Positions 43,726 through 51,303 of a stretch of DNA of 51,303 nt are shown piece after piece (the first letter of the stretch is position 1; each line of letters starts with the position of its first letter). The stretch spans positions 1 to 51,303 of the IMG/VR virus record IMGVR_UViG_3300038406_000089. The stretch is one strand, 5' to 3'. This DNA comes from a virus. Taxonomy: Duplodnaviria; Caudoviricetes. The position numbers and the translations under genes are program-made. Under the pieces are notes generated by a model. The model worked only from the letters and a program-made list of their open reading frames with translations, ran no database searches and had not been told where the DNA came from.

Positions 43726-46439
43726 CAGAACTCCTTAAAGTCGGCCCAGTTGAGCCCCCAGTCGCCGCTCGTCTCAATCGGCACGCTGAGCCCCTTGGCG
43801 GTCTGGGTCATACACTCGACCATTAGAGGATTCACTTCTCGTGCCAAGTCTTCGTTCTCGAACTCCATCACCATGTCGTCGTGAATCTGGATGAGCGGCT
43901 CAATCCAGCGGCCCTGTCTCCAATAAGGGACAAGGATGTCCTCCCAGATGGACGCCTCGTTCTGCTTCATCACCCACTGGGCGCCCTCTTGGATCGGGGT
44001 CGAGAACGCGAACCGCTCGGCCTCAGAGCGCACCCGCTCGTCCCTGGAGCGGATACCCCCTATGTAGCGAATACGACCGCTCAGGCACCGAATGTAGCCG
44101 TTCCTGCGGGCTTCCTCGATCATTCCCTTCTGGTACGCCGGCACGCCCTTGTAGAGTCTCATCGTCTCGTCTATCCAGCGCTGGGCGTCATCCTCGTCAA
44201 CCATCACGCCGTTCTTGCGCAGTTCGACCGCCAGCCCCATGTTCGTCATACCCATAGGCAGGCCGAAGTTTACCGCCTTCGCCGGCAGACGGTGCTTGGA
44301 GCCGTCCTGGTCTTTCGGCTTCACTCCGAAGATCCGCTCCGCGAGCGCCGCGTGTAGGTCGATCTTCGAGCCATCGGGATTCCGCATCTCGCCACGGAAG
44401 ATGGCGAGCATGACGGGGTCTTGCGACAGGGTTGCGAGAACCCTCAGCTCGATCTGTGAGAGATCCCAGCTTCCGAGCACGTGGCCGGGCTCTGGCACCC
44501 ATCCGCGCCGGAAGTCCTTGGCGAACTTTCCGTGTTTCGGCATAGCGAGTAGGTTGGGATCGGATGCAGCGAGGCGTCCGGTGACGACACGTGTAGTCCT
44601 GAAGGTGCTATGAATACGACCGTCGAAGGGATAACGATGAACGAAGTCGGGCAAGCGGTCAACGAACGTGTTCTTGAGCTTGAAGACTTCTCGATACGCT
44701 CTGATGTCGGTGATGACTTCGAGTCCATACTCGCGCTCCAGTCCTTCGAGGATCTTGTCGTTCGTGCTGAATCGCCCCTCGCGCGTCTTCTTGCCGCCAT
44801 CGAGCCCGAGCGAGTCGAAGAGGAATGCCGCTACTTGGTCCCCGGAGTTGGCGTTGAAGTCGGGATCGCCAGTCGCGTCAACCAGTCGTCCACGGATGTC
44901 TTCAATTTCTCCAACCAGTCGAGTTGAGAGTGCGGCGAAGTGGGCAAGGTCGGGCTTAATCCCAATCCGCTGCATTCGGTCGATGAGTGGGTAGGTGCCA
45001 AGCTCAAGGCGATAAACTTCCCTAAGACCGAGTGCGTCAATTCGTCGCCCGAGTTCAGGTTCGACACGAACAGTGGCGTCGGCGTCCCTGGCTCCGTAAT
45101 GCACAGCAGTGGCCACTGGTACGTAATCAAGAGTGGCTTCTGGCATGGACCCCAGCCGATTGTAACCGGCCACTTGAATGTCTTCGACTTGCTTGAGCCA
45201 CAACTTTCGAGCGTCCTTGGACTGGAGGCATCGGGAGACGGACTTGAAGAGATCGGACTTGGGCAACTTGGGATGCACTTTGAGTCGGCGCCCCGGCTGC
45301 GTCTTCCCCCTCGAATCAACGTAAGGAGTGGTCGTGAGTCTGATGAACTCTTCTTCACATCGTCGCTCATAGTCTTCCTGCTCCATGTCGTAGAGCCACG
45401 TCAGGTAATCAGCGGCGAGACGTTGGCTCGCGTCCCCGAGAACCTCGTCGTAGCTCTGCATCCGCATGTTACAATGGCGCGTCGAGAGCGGCTTCAAACC
45501 CTGCGGCTCGATCTGGAGCAGATACGCCATCACCATCGTGTCGTCTATTTCGACGCCAAGATCGATGAGATCGATGCCGAGTGATCGGAAGACAGGTAGA
45601 TCGTGAAGCGACGAATGGAAGATGATTCGGACTCTCTTTCGATTTCGACGCAGCCAGTCAGCAAAGGCTCGGACGACATCGTGAGAGCTAGCTCTAAGAA
45701 GGTACGCGACACCTGGAACGAAACTGAACTGGAGGGACCAGGGCTTGCGAGCATAGCCTTCGGAATCGGAACCAAGTCTGATAACAGACCTATCCGCCCC
45801 ACCTTGAGACTCTGTTTGTCGAACCCCGCGAAGAACTTCTCCGAGTCGCTCGACGGTTGTGATCTCTTCATAGACAGGCTCCGGGTATGGATCATCGTAG
45901 AGTTTACGAGCTTGGGATTCCCCACGCAGGAACTCCCCGAGACGCTTGAAGCCGGCGACGGTGTACGCCGCCATCTCTGAGTTGTGGAAGCCAGCCGCAG
46001 GATGGTGGATTGGCAATACTGTAGTGTCTTTGCTTAGAAATGCCAGTTTGCCCACGTCGGGCAATACCGTCTCTTCGGGCAAATACCACGGAATGCCCCA
46101 CACATCGTCCATGTCTACGTCGCCCATGAACCAGCGGGTCGCGTAGCGGCCGAGCGGGATGATGATTTGTGGCTTGGCGCGTTTCAGCTCAGCGAGCAGC
46201 TCGGGCTCATCACGGGCAAGATCCTCGGACGTGTAGACGTAGTCCTTCCCCTTGAACTCCCTGAAGAGATTCGTGAGGAAGACTTCACGACGCGAAAGCC
46301 CCAGGTCGGCAAGGAAGCGATTCAGCTCATCGCCTGTCTTGCCCACGAAGGGCTTACCGTCGCGATCTTCTTGCCACCCTGGCCCCTCCCCGCATACGAC
46401 GATGCGACACGGAGAGGGGCCGATGCCTGATACGCGCAT
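43725..46439 (-). CDS. polA: Family A DNA polymerase with N-terminal uracil-DNA-glycosylase-like domain and 3'-5' exonuclease
   Basis: GEGPG..ED..G.PFVG..G and HPAA (UDG family 4-like); DSE, DDTM, YGARDA (exonuclease); TGRL...PNL, DLSQIELR, R..AKAVNFG, HDD. Confidence 0.93.
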   Translation of the reverse strand: MRVSGIGPSPCRIVVCGEGPGWQEDRDGKPFVGKTGDELNRFLADLGLSRREVFLTNLFREFKGKDYVYTSEDLARDEPELLAELKRAKPQIIIPLGRYATRWFMGDVDMDDVWGIPWYLPEETVLPDVGKLAFLSKDTTVLPIHHPAAGFHNSEMAAYTVAGFKRLGEFLRGESQARKLYDDPYPEPVYEEITTVERLGEVLRGVRQTESQGGADRSVIRLGSDSEGYARKPWSLQFSFVPGVAYLLRASSHDVVRAFADWLRRNRKRVRIIFHSSLHDLPVFRSLGIDLIDLGVEIDDTMVMAYLLQIEPQGLKPLSTRHCNMRMQSYDEVLGDASQRLAADYLTWLYDMEQEDYERRCEEEFIRLTTTPYVDSRGKTQPGRRLKVHPKLPKSDLFKSVSRCLQSKDARKLWLKQVEDIQVAGYNRLGSMPEATLDYVPVATAVHYGARDADATVRVEPELGRRIDALGLREVYRLELGTYPLIDRMQRIGIKPDLAHFAALSTRLVGEIEDIRGRLVDATGDPDFNANSGDQVAAFLFDSLGLDGGKKTREGRFSTNDKILEGLEREYGLEVITDIRAYREVFKLKNTFVDRLPDFVHRYPFDGRIHSTFRTTRVVTGRLAASDPNLLAMPKHGKFAKDFRRGWVPEPGHVLGSWDLSQIELRVLATLSQDPVMLAIFRGEMRNPDGSKIDLHAALAERIFGVKPKDQDGSKHRLPAKAVNFGLPMGMTNMGLAVELRKNGVMVDEDDAQRWIDETMRLYKGVPAYQKGMIEEARRNGYIRCLSGRIRYIGGIRSRDERVRSEAERFAFSTPIQEGAQWVMKQNEASIWEDILVPYWRQGRWIEPLIQIHDDMVMEFENEDLAREVNPLMVECMTQTAKGLSVPIETSGDWGLNWADFKEF

Positions 46440-46441
46440 GA

Positions 46442-46744
46442 TTAGTGAGCAGTCGGTGCCGTGTAGCGAATCTCGGCCTCTTCCACGTCGAGCCAGCCGT
46501 TGAACATCCGCGTGATGCCGGTGCGGACTTCACCATCCTCGAACCAGCCAGTGACGAAGATCAGCCGCTCTGCGTCGTGTTGGATCGTATGCGCCTGGAC
46601 CTGAATCTCCTGTAACGCCTTGTTATCGTACGGGTGTTCAGGATGATACCGCCGCACGATGAACGTACGCATCGGCGGGAGCGACGGCGACTGCTGCTGC
46701 GGCTTATTCGGGTCGATCAAGATTCCACCTTGCGGAGCTGGCAT
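46442..46744 (-). CDS. Hypothetical protein
   Basis: AGGAG RBS; 100 aa. Confidence 0.65.
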   Translation of the reverse strand: MPAPQGGILIDPNKPQQQSPSLPPMRTFIVRRYHPEHPYDNKALQEIQVQAHTIQHDAERLIFVTGWFEDGEVRTGITRMFNGWLDVEEAEIRYTAPTAH

Positions 46745-46753
46745 TGTTTACTC

Positions 46754-47503
46754 CTATCTGAGTTCTCGTAGCGAGGCTACGATTTTGGCCGCATTCGCCA
46801 AACCGATGCGGCGCTCCTTCCCGTCTTCGTCTGCGGTCGTCAGCTCCGACAGCTCCTCGGCTGTCACCTGAAGGAGACGCCCTAGTGACCCATCCACGTG
46901 ACGCTCGATGGCGAGCGACGTGCGGACGCCAACACCGTCCAGCCGACAGATCATCTCACGGAAGTCACTGATCGGCACGATACGCGGCGGCGTGTAGATG
47001 GCGATATGCGAGCCGTGCTTGTCGAGATCCGTATCCGTCCAGGTGTGGTACAGGGCTTCGATGGACTTGACGGTCGCTCGCTGGTTCTGCGTCCACCAGG
47101 GATTCAACCCTCCTCTCAGATGCAAGACGTATACCCGCTTCAGCAGCTCTCCGACTGTCATGTGCCCGGCGACGGGCTTGAAGTCTCGCCGGCCAGCGCG
47201 GCGCAGGAGCTGCCCTCGGCGGTTGTAGAGCAGCTCCCCCTCCACGAACAGGTACTTGAAGTCGTACCCATCCTCCTGCATCTTGAGGAGCTGGTGTCCC
47301 TGGAGGCGGTTTGTCCGAAGACTGCCGACTAATTCGGACAGATGCTTGTACTCGATGCCGATGGCGACAGGGGCGCCCTTCTCGCCCCTGCCCTCGAAGT
47401 AGATATCGGCCGAGTTCAGCGTCGTCTCCTCGACATCAAGACCGCACTCGCGCAGCGGCTTGACGAGCTGCTTGCTGCCCTCGCGTCCGTCTACGAAGAT
47501 CAC
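46754..47503 (-). CDS. ERCC4/XPF-like nuclease with C-terminal HhH motifs
   Basis: IFVDGRE, L.SADI, IEYK..SELVGS...RL, GVG and RIG HhH; GTG start. Confidence 0.85.
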   Translation of the reverse strand: MIFVDGREGSKQLVKPLRECGLDVEETTLNSADIYFEGRGEKGAPVAIGIEYKHLSELVGSLRTNRLQGHQLLKMQEDGYDFKYLFVEGELLYNRRGQLLRRAGRRDFKPVAGHMTVGELLKRVYVLHLRGGLNPWWTQNQRATVKSIEALYHTWTDTDLDKHGSHIAIYTPPRIVPISDFREMICRLDGVGVRTSLAIERHVDGSLGRLLQVTAEELSELTTADEDGKERRIGLANAAKIVASLRELR

Positions 47504-47862
47504 GCCGAGAACTCCGCACGCCACAACTCTTCGAGAACTTTACGCTTCTCATCGTAGTCGTAGTACTCGCAGTCATCGGGTGCCTCGAATCCGTACTCGT
47601 CAACTTCGTGAATACGAAGACGAGCAGCAGCTCGATTGAACAAGTCGAGATCCTGCCTGTCGTCTCTCTTGCACATTTTGAGCTGCTTCATTCGACCGTT
47701 GTAGTGCTCAAGCGTGCCGAGAATGCAGCAGTCGCCGTTCTCGAACTCGTACTGATCTTCGTGCTCGCGCATCGTCTTGCGCCAGTTTGGCACCTTCCTG
47801 TCGAGCAGCTTCGCGCCGCGCTTCACCCGCCTCGCAAGATCCGCAAGATATCCGATCATCAC
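47500..47862 (-). CDS. Hypothetical protein
   Basis: RVKRGAKLLD.KVPNW...CCILG...YGF. Confidence 0.65.
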   Translation of the reverse strand: MMIGYLADLARRVKRGAKLLDRKVPNWRKTMREHEDQYEFENGDCCILGTLEHYNGRMKQLKMCKRDDRQDLDLFNRAAARLRIHEVDEYGFEAPDDCEYYDYDEKRKVLEELWRAEFSA

Positions 47863-48065
47863 TTCCTCTCCTTCGCGTAGTCGTTCTTGTGAAAGCCCGC
47901 ACCCTTCAGTACGAAGTTCGGTGCAGGAGGAGCTACCTCCAACCGCACATGGCAGTCGTCACAGACGATGTGGGTGAGCCAGCGATCCCGATCTTCGGCT
48001 GATACGAAGGTCAGCCCCTCGAACAGACGCGAACACTTCGGACAGCGGAGATCCCAACGAGGCAT
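47859..48065 (-). CDS. FmdB-family zinc ribbon protein
   Basis: MP.WD.RC.KC...C.DC...FVLKGAGFHKNDY. Confidence 0.75.
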   Translation of the reverse strand: MPRWDLRCPKCSRLFEGLTFVSAEDRDRWLTHIVCDDCHVRLEVAPPAPNFVLKGAGFHKNDYAKERK

Positions 48066-48833
48066 CTATTCCCAGTCGCTTTCTTCCGAGTCGGGGAACA
48101 CGAGCTGCCCTAGCTCGGGCCACGTCAGCGCTTCGTACTCCTGCCCGGCCACGCCCATGTTCTGTCGGCAGTTCAAGACGTTCACGACGAAGCCGCGCTC
48201 GACGTTCCACGAGTGACTCAGATTCGCCTGCACGATGTAGCCGGCCTCCTTGAAGCCAGTCGGCTCCATCTCGCCAGTCGGGTAGGGGCTATCGACGGAG
48301 CGTCCATCGCGGTTGACCTTCTTGATCGTGCCCCAGCGCTCCTTGACCTTCTGAATGAGCTGGAGGTTGACGTGCGAGTCGTACGCCCGCTGAATCAGGT
48401 CACGATACTTGGCGTTGAGCGCCACGTAGTTCTTCGGCGCATCCGACATCTCACCGAACTCAGCATACCGGAACAGCTCCCACAGCTCCGTCTCGGTATC
48501 CCACTGGATCGTCCGCGCCATCGTCAGCGCGAGTTCGTAGTCTTCGATGAAGCGGTCGCGAATCTCGATGGCCGCTTCCTGAGACTGGTCCTGCTTGTCG
48601 AACTCGTACTCGGTGTACCGGACTTCCTTCCCCTCGCGACGGAACTTCTCGACCACACCCTCCATGCCGATGTCGAAAGACTGGATGGCGACGGGACCGG
48701 GACCAGTCAGTGCGAAGTGGCTCTTGCCCGACTTCTCGGGACCATACGAGCGCACGATGAGACGATAGAGTTCGGTTTCGTCCGCGAGCTTGAAGCGACC
48801 CCACTCCGACGACTTGCTAGAAGCCTTCGCCAT
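48066..48833 (-). CDS. AAA_24 / Sak4-like ATPase
   Basis: YGPEKSGKSHFALT.PGP...FD.G; TIQWDT; neighbours are nucleases. Confidence 0.75.
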   Translation of the reverse strand: MAKASSKSSEWGRFKLADETELYRLIVRSYGPEKSGKSHFALTGPGPVAIQSFDIGMEGVVEKFRREGKEVRYTEYEFDKQDQSQEAAIEIRDRFIEDYELALTMARTIQWDTETELWELFRYAEFGEMSDAPKNYVALNAKYRDLIQRAYDSHVNLQLIQKVKERWGTIKKVNRDGRSVDSPYPTGEMEPTGFKEAGYIVQANLSHSWNVERGFVVNVLNCRQNMGVAGQEYEALTWPELGQLVFPDSEESDWE

Positions 48834-49383
48834 TCGTAACCTCCGATTTGTCGAATCCGTAACGCTCGCGCACCTTGCACAACCGCTCTGGAGTCGTGTA
48901 CTTGTGAGTGATCACCACGGGCGGGACGTGTATTGGTGTCCAGTGCTCCCCTCTCACGACCCCCCGCGTGGTTAGCGCGACCTGATGCGTCGAGATGTCA
49001 AACGACGCAAGCACTTCGTCAATGGAGCCCTCGATCACGATTAGATGATAGGGCAACGTGTGTCCTGGTAGCTCGACACTCGCGACACGGCGCAGGCGCA
49101 GGATTGTGTGATAGCCCTCGAAGGTGCTCAGCAGTTGGCTGTTGGCAAGTGTGCGATCATCTTGGAATCGTCGTCGCGGGCTACCCTCGCCATCCTCCTC
49201 CTGGTGCGATACGTTGCTATCGATCAAGTGCTGGAGAATACCCGCGCGCACAGCATTGCACTGGCCTACTTCGACAGACACCCAGATATCGACATCTGAT
49301 GCCAGCGCGGGGCACGCCGCGAAACCCCCGGCGATGAATGCCGACTCGTGATACTGCTCAGGAAGCAGACTTCTCGGAATCAT
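48817..49383 (-). CDS. Small nucleotidyltransferase resembling the CCA/poly(A) polymerase head domain
   Basis: FIAGGFA...SDVDIW; VLASFDIS..QVA; ERL.K...RY; GGAGGAGG RBS. Confidence 0.65.
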   Translation of the reverse strand: MIPRSLLPEQYHESAFIAGGFAACPALASDVDIWVSVEVGQCNAVRAGILQHLIDSNVSHQEEDGEGSPRRRFQDDRTLANSQLLSTFEGYHTILRLRRVASVELPGHTLPYHLIVIEGSIDEVLASFDISTHQVALTTRGVVRGEHWTPIHVPPVVITHKYTTPERLCKVRERYGFDKSEVTNGEGF

Positions 49384-49714
49384 TGGCTCCTCCTCCAATA
49401 ATCAGCACCGTCCGCCCGTCAAGTCGAGCGATGAGAATGTCCTTTGCCGGCTGATAGCCCGAGCGCACTGCGGCGACGTATACCGGGAGCTTCTGTGTCT
49501 CGTTGGCCGCAGCGAACGCCACAACCTGCTCGACGGTAAGCCCGCTCTTCAATTGCGCGCCGAGGATGCCGCGATTTCTGTTGATCTTGAGGCTGAGAAG
49601 AAACGCGAGCCCCACAGCGGCAAGCCCGCTCACGGCGAGTGAGAAGGGGTGCGGGTAGTAGCTCCCCGCCATGAAGACAAGCGAGAGACAGCCGATGACG
49701 AGAGCTGGAATCAC
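49358..49714 (-). CDS. Two-TM membrane protein
   Basis: Hydrophobic N-terminal half; GAGGAGG RBS. Confidence 0.6.
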   Translation of the reverse strand: MIPALVIGCLSLVFMAGSYYPHPFSLAVSGLAAVGLAFLLSLKINRNRGILGAQLKSGLTVEQVVAFAAANETQKLPVYVAAVRSGYQPAKDILIARLDGRTVLIIGGGANDSEKSAS

Positions 49715-49896
49715 TGTAACCTCCTCTTGTTGTCGTAGGTGTCGAATCGTCTAGTCCACGAGACTACAGCCTCCGCAACACGGCGGATTCTTAGAGCCCA
49801 CTGCGGCGTCACCACGTAGACGATGCGGTAGCTGTAGTCGTCTGGGTCGCGGTAGTGATACTCAGCGCCAGTCGGCGTGTAAGGTTGCTTCAGCAT
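49711..49896 (-). CDS. Hypothetical protein
   Basis: MLKQPYTPTGAEYHYRD... Confidence 0.5.
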   Translation of the reverse strand: MLKQPYTPTGAEYHYRDPDDYSYRIVYVVTPQWALRIRRVAEAVVSWTRRFDTYDNKRRLQ

Positions 49897-49900
49897 CGTC

Positions 49901-50023
49901 TCACCAGATCGCGTTAGGTGGTGGCGTGTAGAAGACGAGATCCGCGAGCCACCAGATAATGAGAAGCACAATTGCTGCCATTGGCGCAGCGTAGAACGGC
50001 AGCTTAGGGTTCTGTGTAGTCAT
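49901..50023 (-). CDS. Small single-TM protein
   Basis: My translation: MTTQNPKLPFYAAPMAAIVLLIIWWLADLVFYTPPPNAIW. Confidence 0.4.
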   Translation of the reverse strand: MTTQNPKLPFYAAPMAAIVLLIIWWLADLVFYTPPPNAIW

Positions 50024-50237
50024 GCGTTGCCAGTCTCTTGCCGCCACCGAGCGGCCACTCTTCGATGAACATATAGCGGTCTTTGAGAGAGTACTTGGGA
50101 CCGCGTTCTCTTACCTCGCGCAGACACATCATCGCGGTAGAGAGCACATCGAAGATACCGTAGATCCAAGCACCGTCGTAGTCCGACTCCATCGCAACGA
50201 ACAGCACCTTAGACGATGAGCCCTGCGTGCTTGCCAT
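50004..50237 (-). CDS. Hypothetical protein
   Basis: DYDGAWIYGIFD...A...FIEEWPL. Confidence 0.55.
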   Translation of the reverse strand: MASTQGSSSKVLFVAMESDYDGAWIYGIFDVLSTAMMCLREVRERGPKYSLKDRYMFIEEWPLGGGKRLATHDYTEP

Positions 50238-50784
50238 GATTCTTCACCATCGTCCACTCGTCGCGCATCTCGCGAGCGGTGAACTCGATATCCCACGCCA
50301 ACAGCTCGGGCCTGGGCGGGCGGTAGTCTCCATTCACGAAGAACGCGAGCAGGCGCTGCTGCGGGAGTTCCAGGTGATGCCCGTAACACTTCATCTGCGT
50401 GAGGTACTTAGCGAACTTGGGATGGAACGCCGTGGCAGAGACGCGCGGCACGTCGCGGCTCGACATCCACGTGAGCTTGATTTCCCCAAGCCGCGTGACC
50501 GTCTCGTAGATGATGAGATCGGGCGTGAAGATAATGCCCTCGTCCTTCGTGACGAACTCACCAGGGCGTTCGCCAAGGCGCCGCTTCAGCCCCTCTTCGA
50601 GCACTTCCTCTAGCGCCAGTCCGGCTTCCATCCGCAGCTTGTCGGGCGCGCTTCCTTTCACGTACCGCTTCGGCTCCAGCTCCTGATAGAGCGAGTTGTA
50701 GAGATCGCTCATGTGCAGGCCGGCCGTGCGGGGCGCCGTCGAGAGTGCGAGATTGAGCCCGTGCGGGACTGGCGTTATCTTCAT
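50209..50784 (-). CDS. PD-(D/E)XK (Cas4/RecB-like) nuclease
   Basis: GLHMSDL, G.ALE, TPD...GEIK, Q.K.Y. Confidence 0.8.
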   Translation of the reverse strand: MKITPVPHGLNLALSTAPRTAGLHMSDLYNSLYQELEPKRYVKGSAPDKLRMEAGLALEEVLEEGLKRRLGERPGEFVTKDEGIIFTPDLIIYETVTRLGEIKLTWMSSRDVPRVSATAFHPKFAKYLTQMKCYGHHLELPQQRLLAFFVNGDYRPPRPELLAWDIEFTAREMRDEWTMVKNHGKHAGLIV

Positions 50785-50794
50785 GGATTAGCCT

Positions 50795-51168
50795 GAATGG
50801 TCGTAAGGATGGCTTGTGCGTTTTCTTCAGCGCTCCCATCCGGCATCTGGGCTTCGCCATCCCTACGAATCCTCGGGTCTACCGGAATTACCCGATTCTC
50901 AAACTGAGCGCAGTTTCTGGCGAGGGAGATACGGTCGGATTTCGCGATGCTCCAGGGTGGCTCGTATTGGTGCTAGCCGTCCTCGCCTGTTTTCCCTGTC
51001 TCTCGTTCCGATACTCCGCTCGCCACTTCATCGGCAGGAGCAGTGCTCTACTGCCTGTCTCAAGGTGTGGGCCGTTTACCGGGAACGCCACGGCTCCTAC
51101 AGCGTTCGATTTTCGATCAACCTACTGCCTTTGGCAGTGGTGTTGTCCCTTGTCTCGGTGGTAGTCCG
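50795..51168 (-). ncRNA. Candidate large structured non-coding RNA
   Basis: About 370-nt gap in a tightly packed arm, filled with stems (13-bp 50801-50813/50856-50868 and others); G-U pairs favour the minus strand. Confidence 0.6.
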
Positions 51169-51169
51169 A

Positions 51170-51303
51170 TTACGCTTCGAGCTTGATGAGCTGCTTCTTG
51201 TCGGCCGGGTCGTAGGTCACGCCATCGACCGCCGCAAGATTGTCGTCGTCGTAGAGGTACTTGATCACGTCGTCGCGAAGCTCGTTCTTGCCCAGCTTCT
51301 GCA
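51170..51303 (-). CDS. 3' end of the join-spanning gene that starts at 827
   Basis: In frame ...KKQLIKLEA with TAA at 51170-51172. Confidence 0.8.
   Translation of the reverse strand, partial: QKLGKNELRDDVIKYLYDDDNLAAVDGVTYDPADKKQLIKLEA

Noticed and set aside
37930-46439. Z-genome (2-aminoadenine) or 7-deazaguanine pathway
   Set aside because: No PurZ, QueC/D/E, FolE or DpdA-like ORF is visible; the hydrolases alone are insufficient evidence.
48066-48833. ATPase as the phage's own sigma-54 enhancer-binding protein
   Set aside because: No GAFTGA loop or bEBP-type GESGTGKE; the motifs and neighbours fit a Sak4/AAA_24 recombination ATPase.
50209-50784. Cas4 as part of a CRISPR system
   Set aside because: No repeat-spacer array or other cas genes, and the Fe-S cysteines are missing; this is an ordinary phage PD-(D/E)XK nuclease.
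50990-51035. Hammerhead ribozyme within the ncRNA candidate (CCGAUGA...GAAA)
   Set aside because: The core reads CCGAUGA rather than CUGAUGA, and I could not build stems I-III around it.
50795-51168. tmRNA, RNase P or group I intron identity
   Set aside because: No tRNA-like acceptor/T-arm ends, no GAGGAAAGUCC, no P7-type elements, and no interrupted gene.
51177-51303. 127-bp terminal repeat as a biological direct terminal repeat
   Set aside because: It falls in the middle of a gene and equals a common assembler k-mer length, so it is best read as circular overlap.
1-51303. Alternative genetic code, DGR/retron or prophage integration module
   Set aside because: Genes tile well in the standard code; no reverse transcriptase, integrase or host flanks were seen.

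Overview
The window is a complete, circularly assembled double-stranded DNA phage genome of 51,176 bp: positions 1-127 are repeated exactly at 51177-51303, and one gene runs across that join. The morphogenesis module looks podovirus-like (terminases, 802-aa portal, scaffold, major capsid, adaptor, nozzle-like genes, short ejection-type proteins, no tape measure). I see no integrase, repressor, RNA polymerase, primase or DNA methyltransferase. There are four blocks: (1) a plus-strand cluster of small early-type genes (7596-11717); (2) a short minus-strand operon with an HNH gene and two atypical tRNAs (13838-12162); (3) a plus-strand late/accessory arm (13896-39996); (4) a long minus-strand replication and nucleic-acid metabolism arm (7171 down through the join to 39872) with UDG-fused PolA, helicase, nucleases, RNA ligase, polynucleotide kinase and a small nucleotidyltransferase. 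Strongest unexplained signals: about 12 sigma-54 (-24/-12) motifs concentrated at the transcriptional control points, some as antisense pairs bracketing sigma-70-type late promoters; a 5.06 kb segment with no GATC that coincides with the early region; a roughly 370-nt densely structured intergenic RNA candidate with a possible kissing loop; a tRNA with a Gln-like body and an out-of-register anticodon loop; and a dispersed tRNA-repair kit with a paralogous small gene near both the ligase and the kinase. All calls were made by eye from motifs, with no database searches. The host guess (Acidobacteriota) is only an inference.
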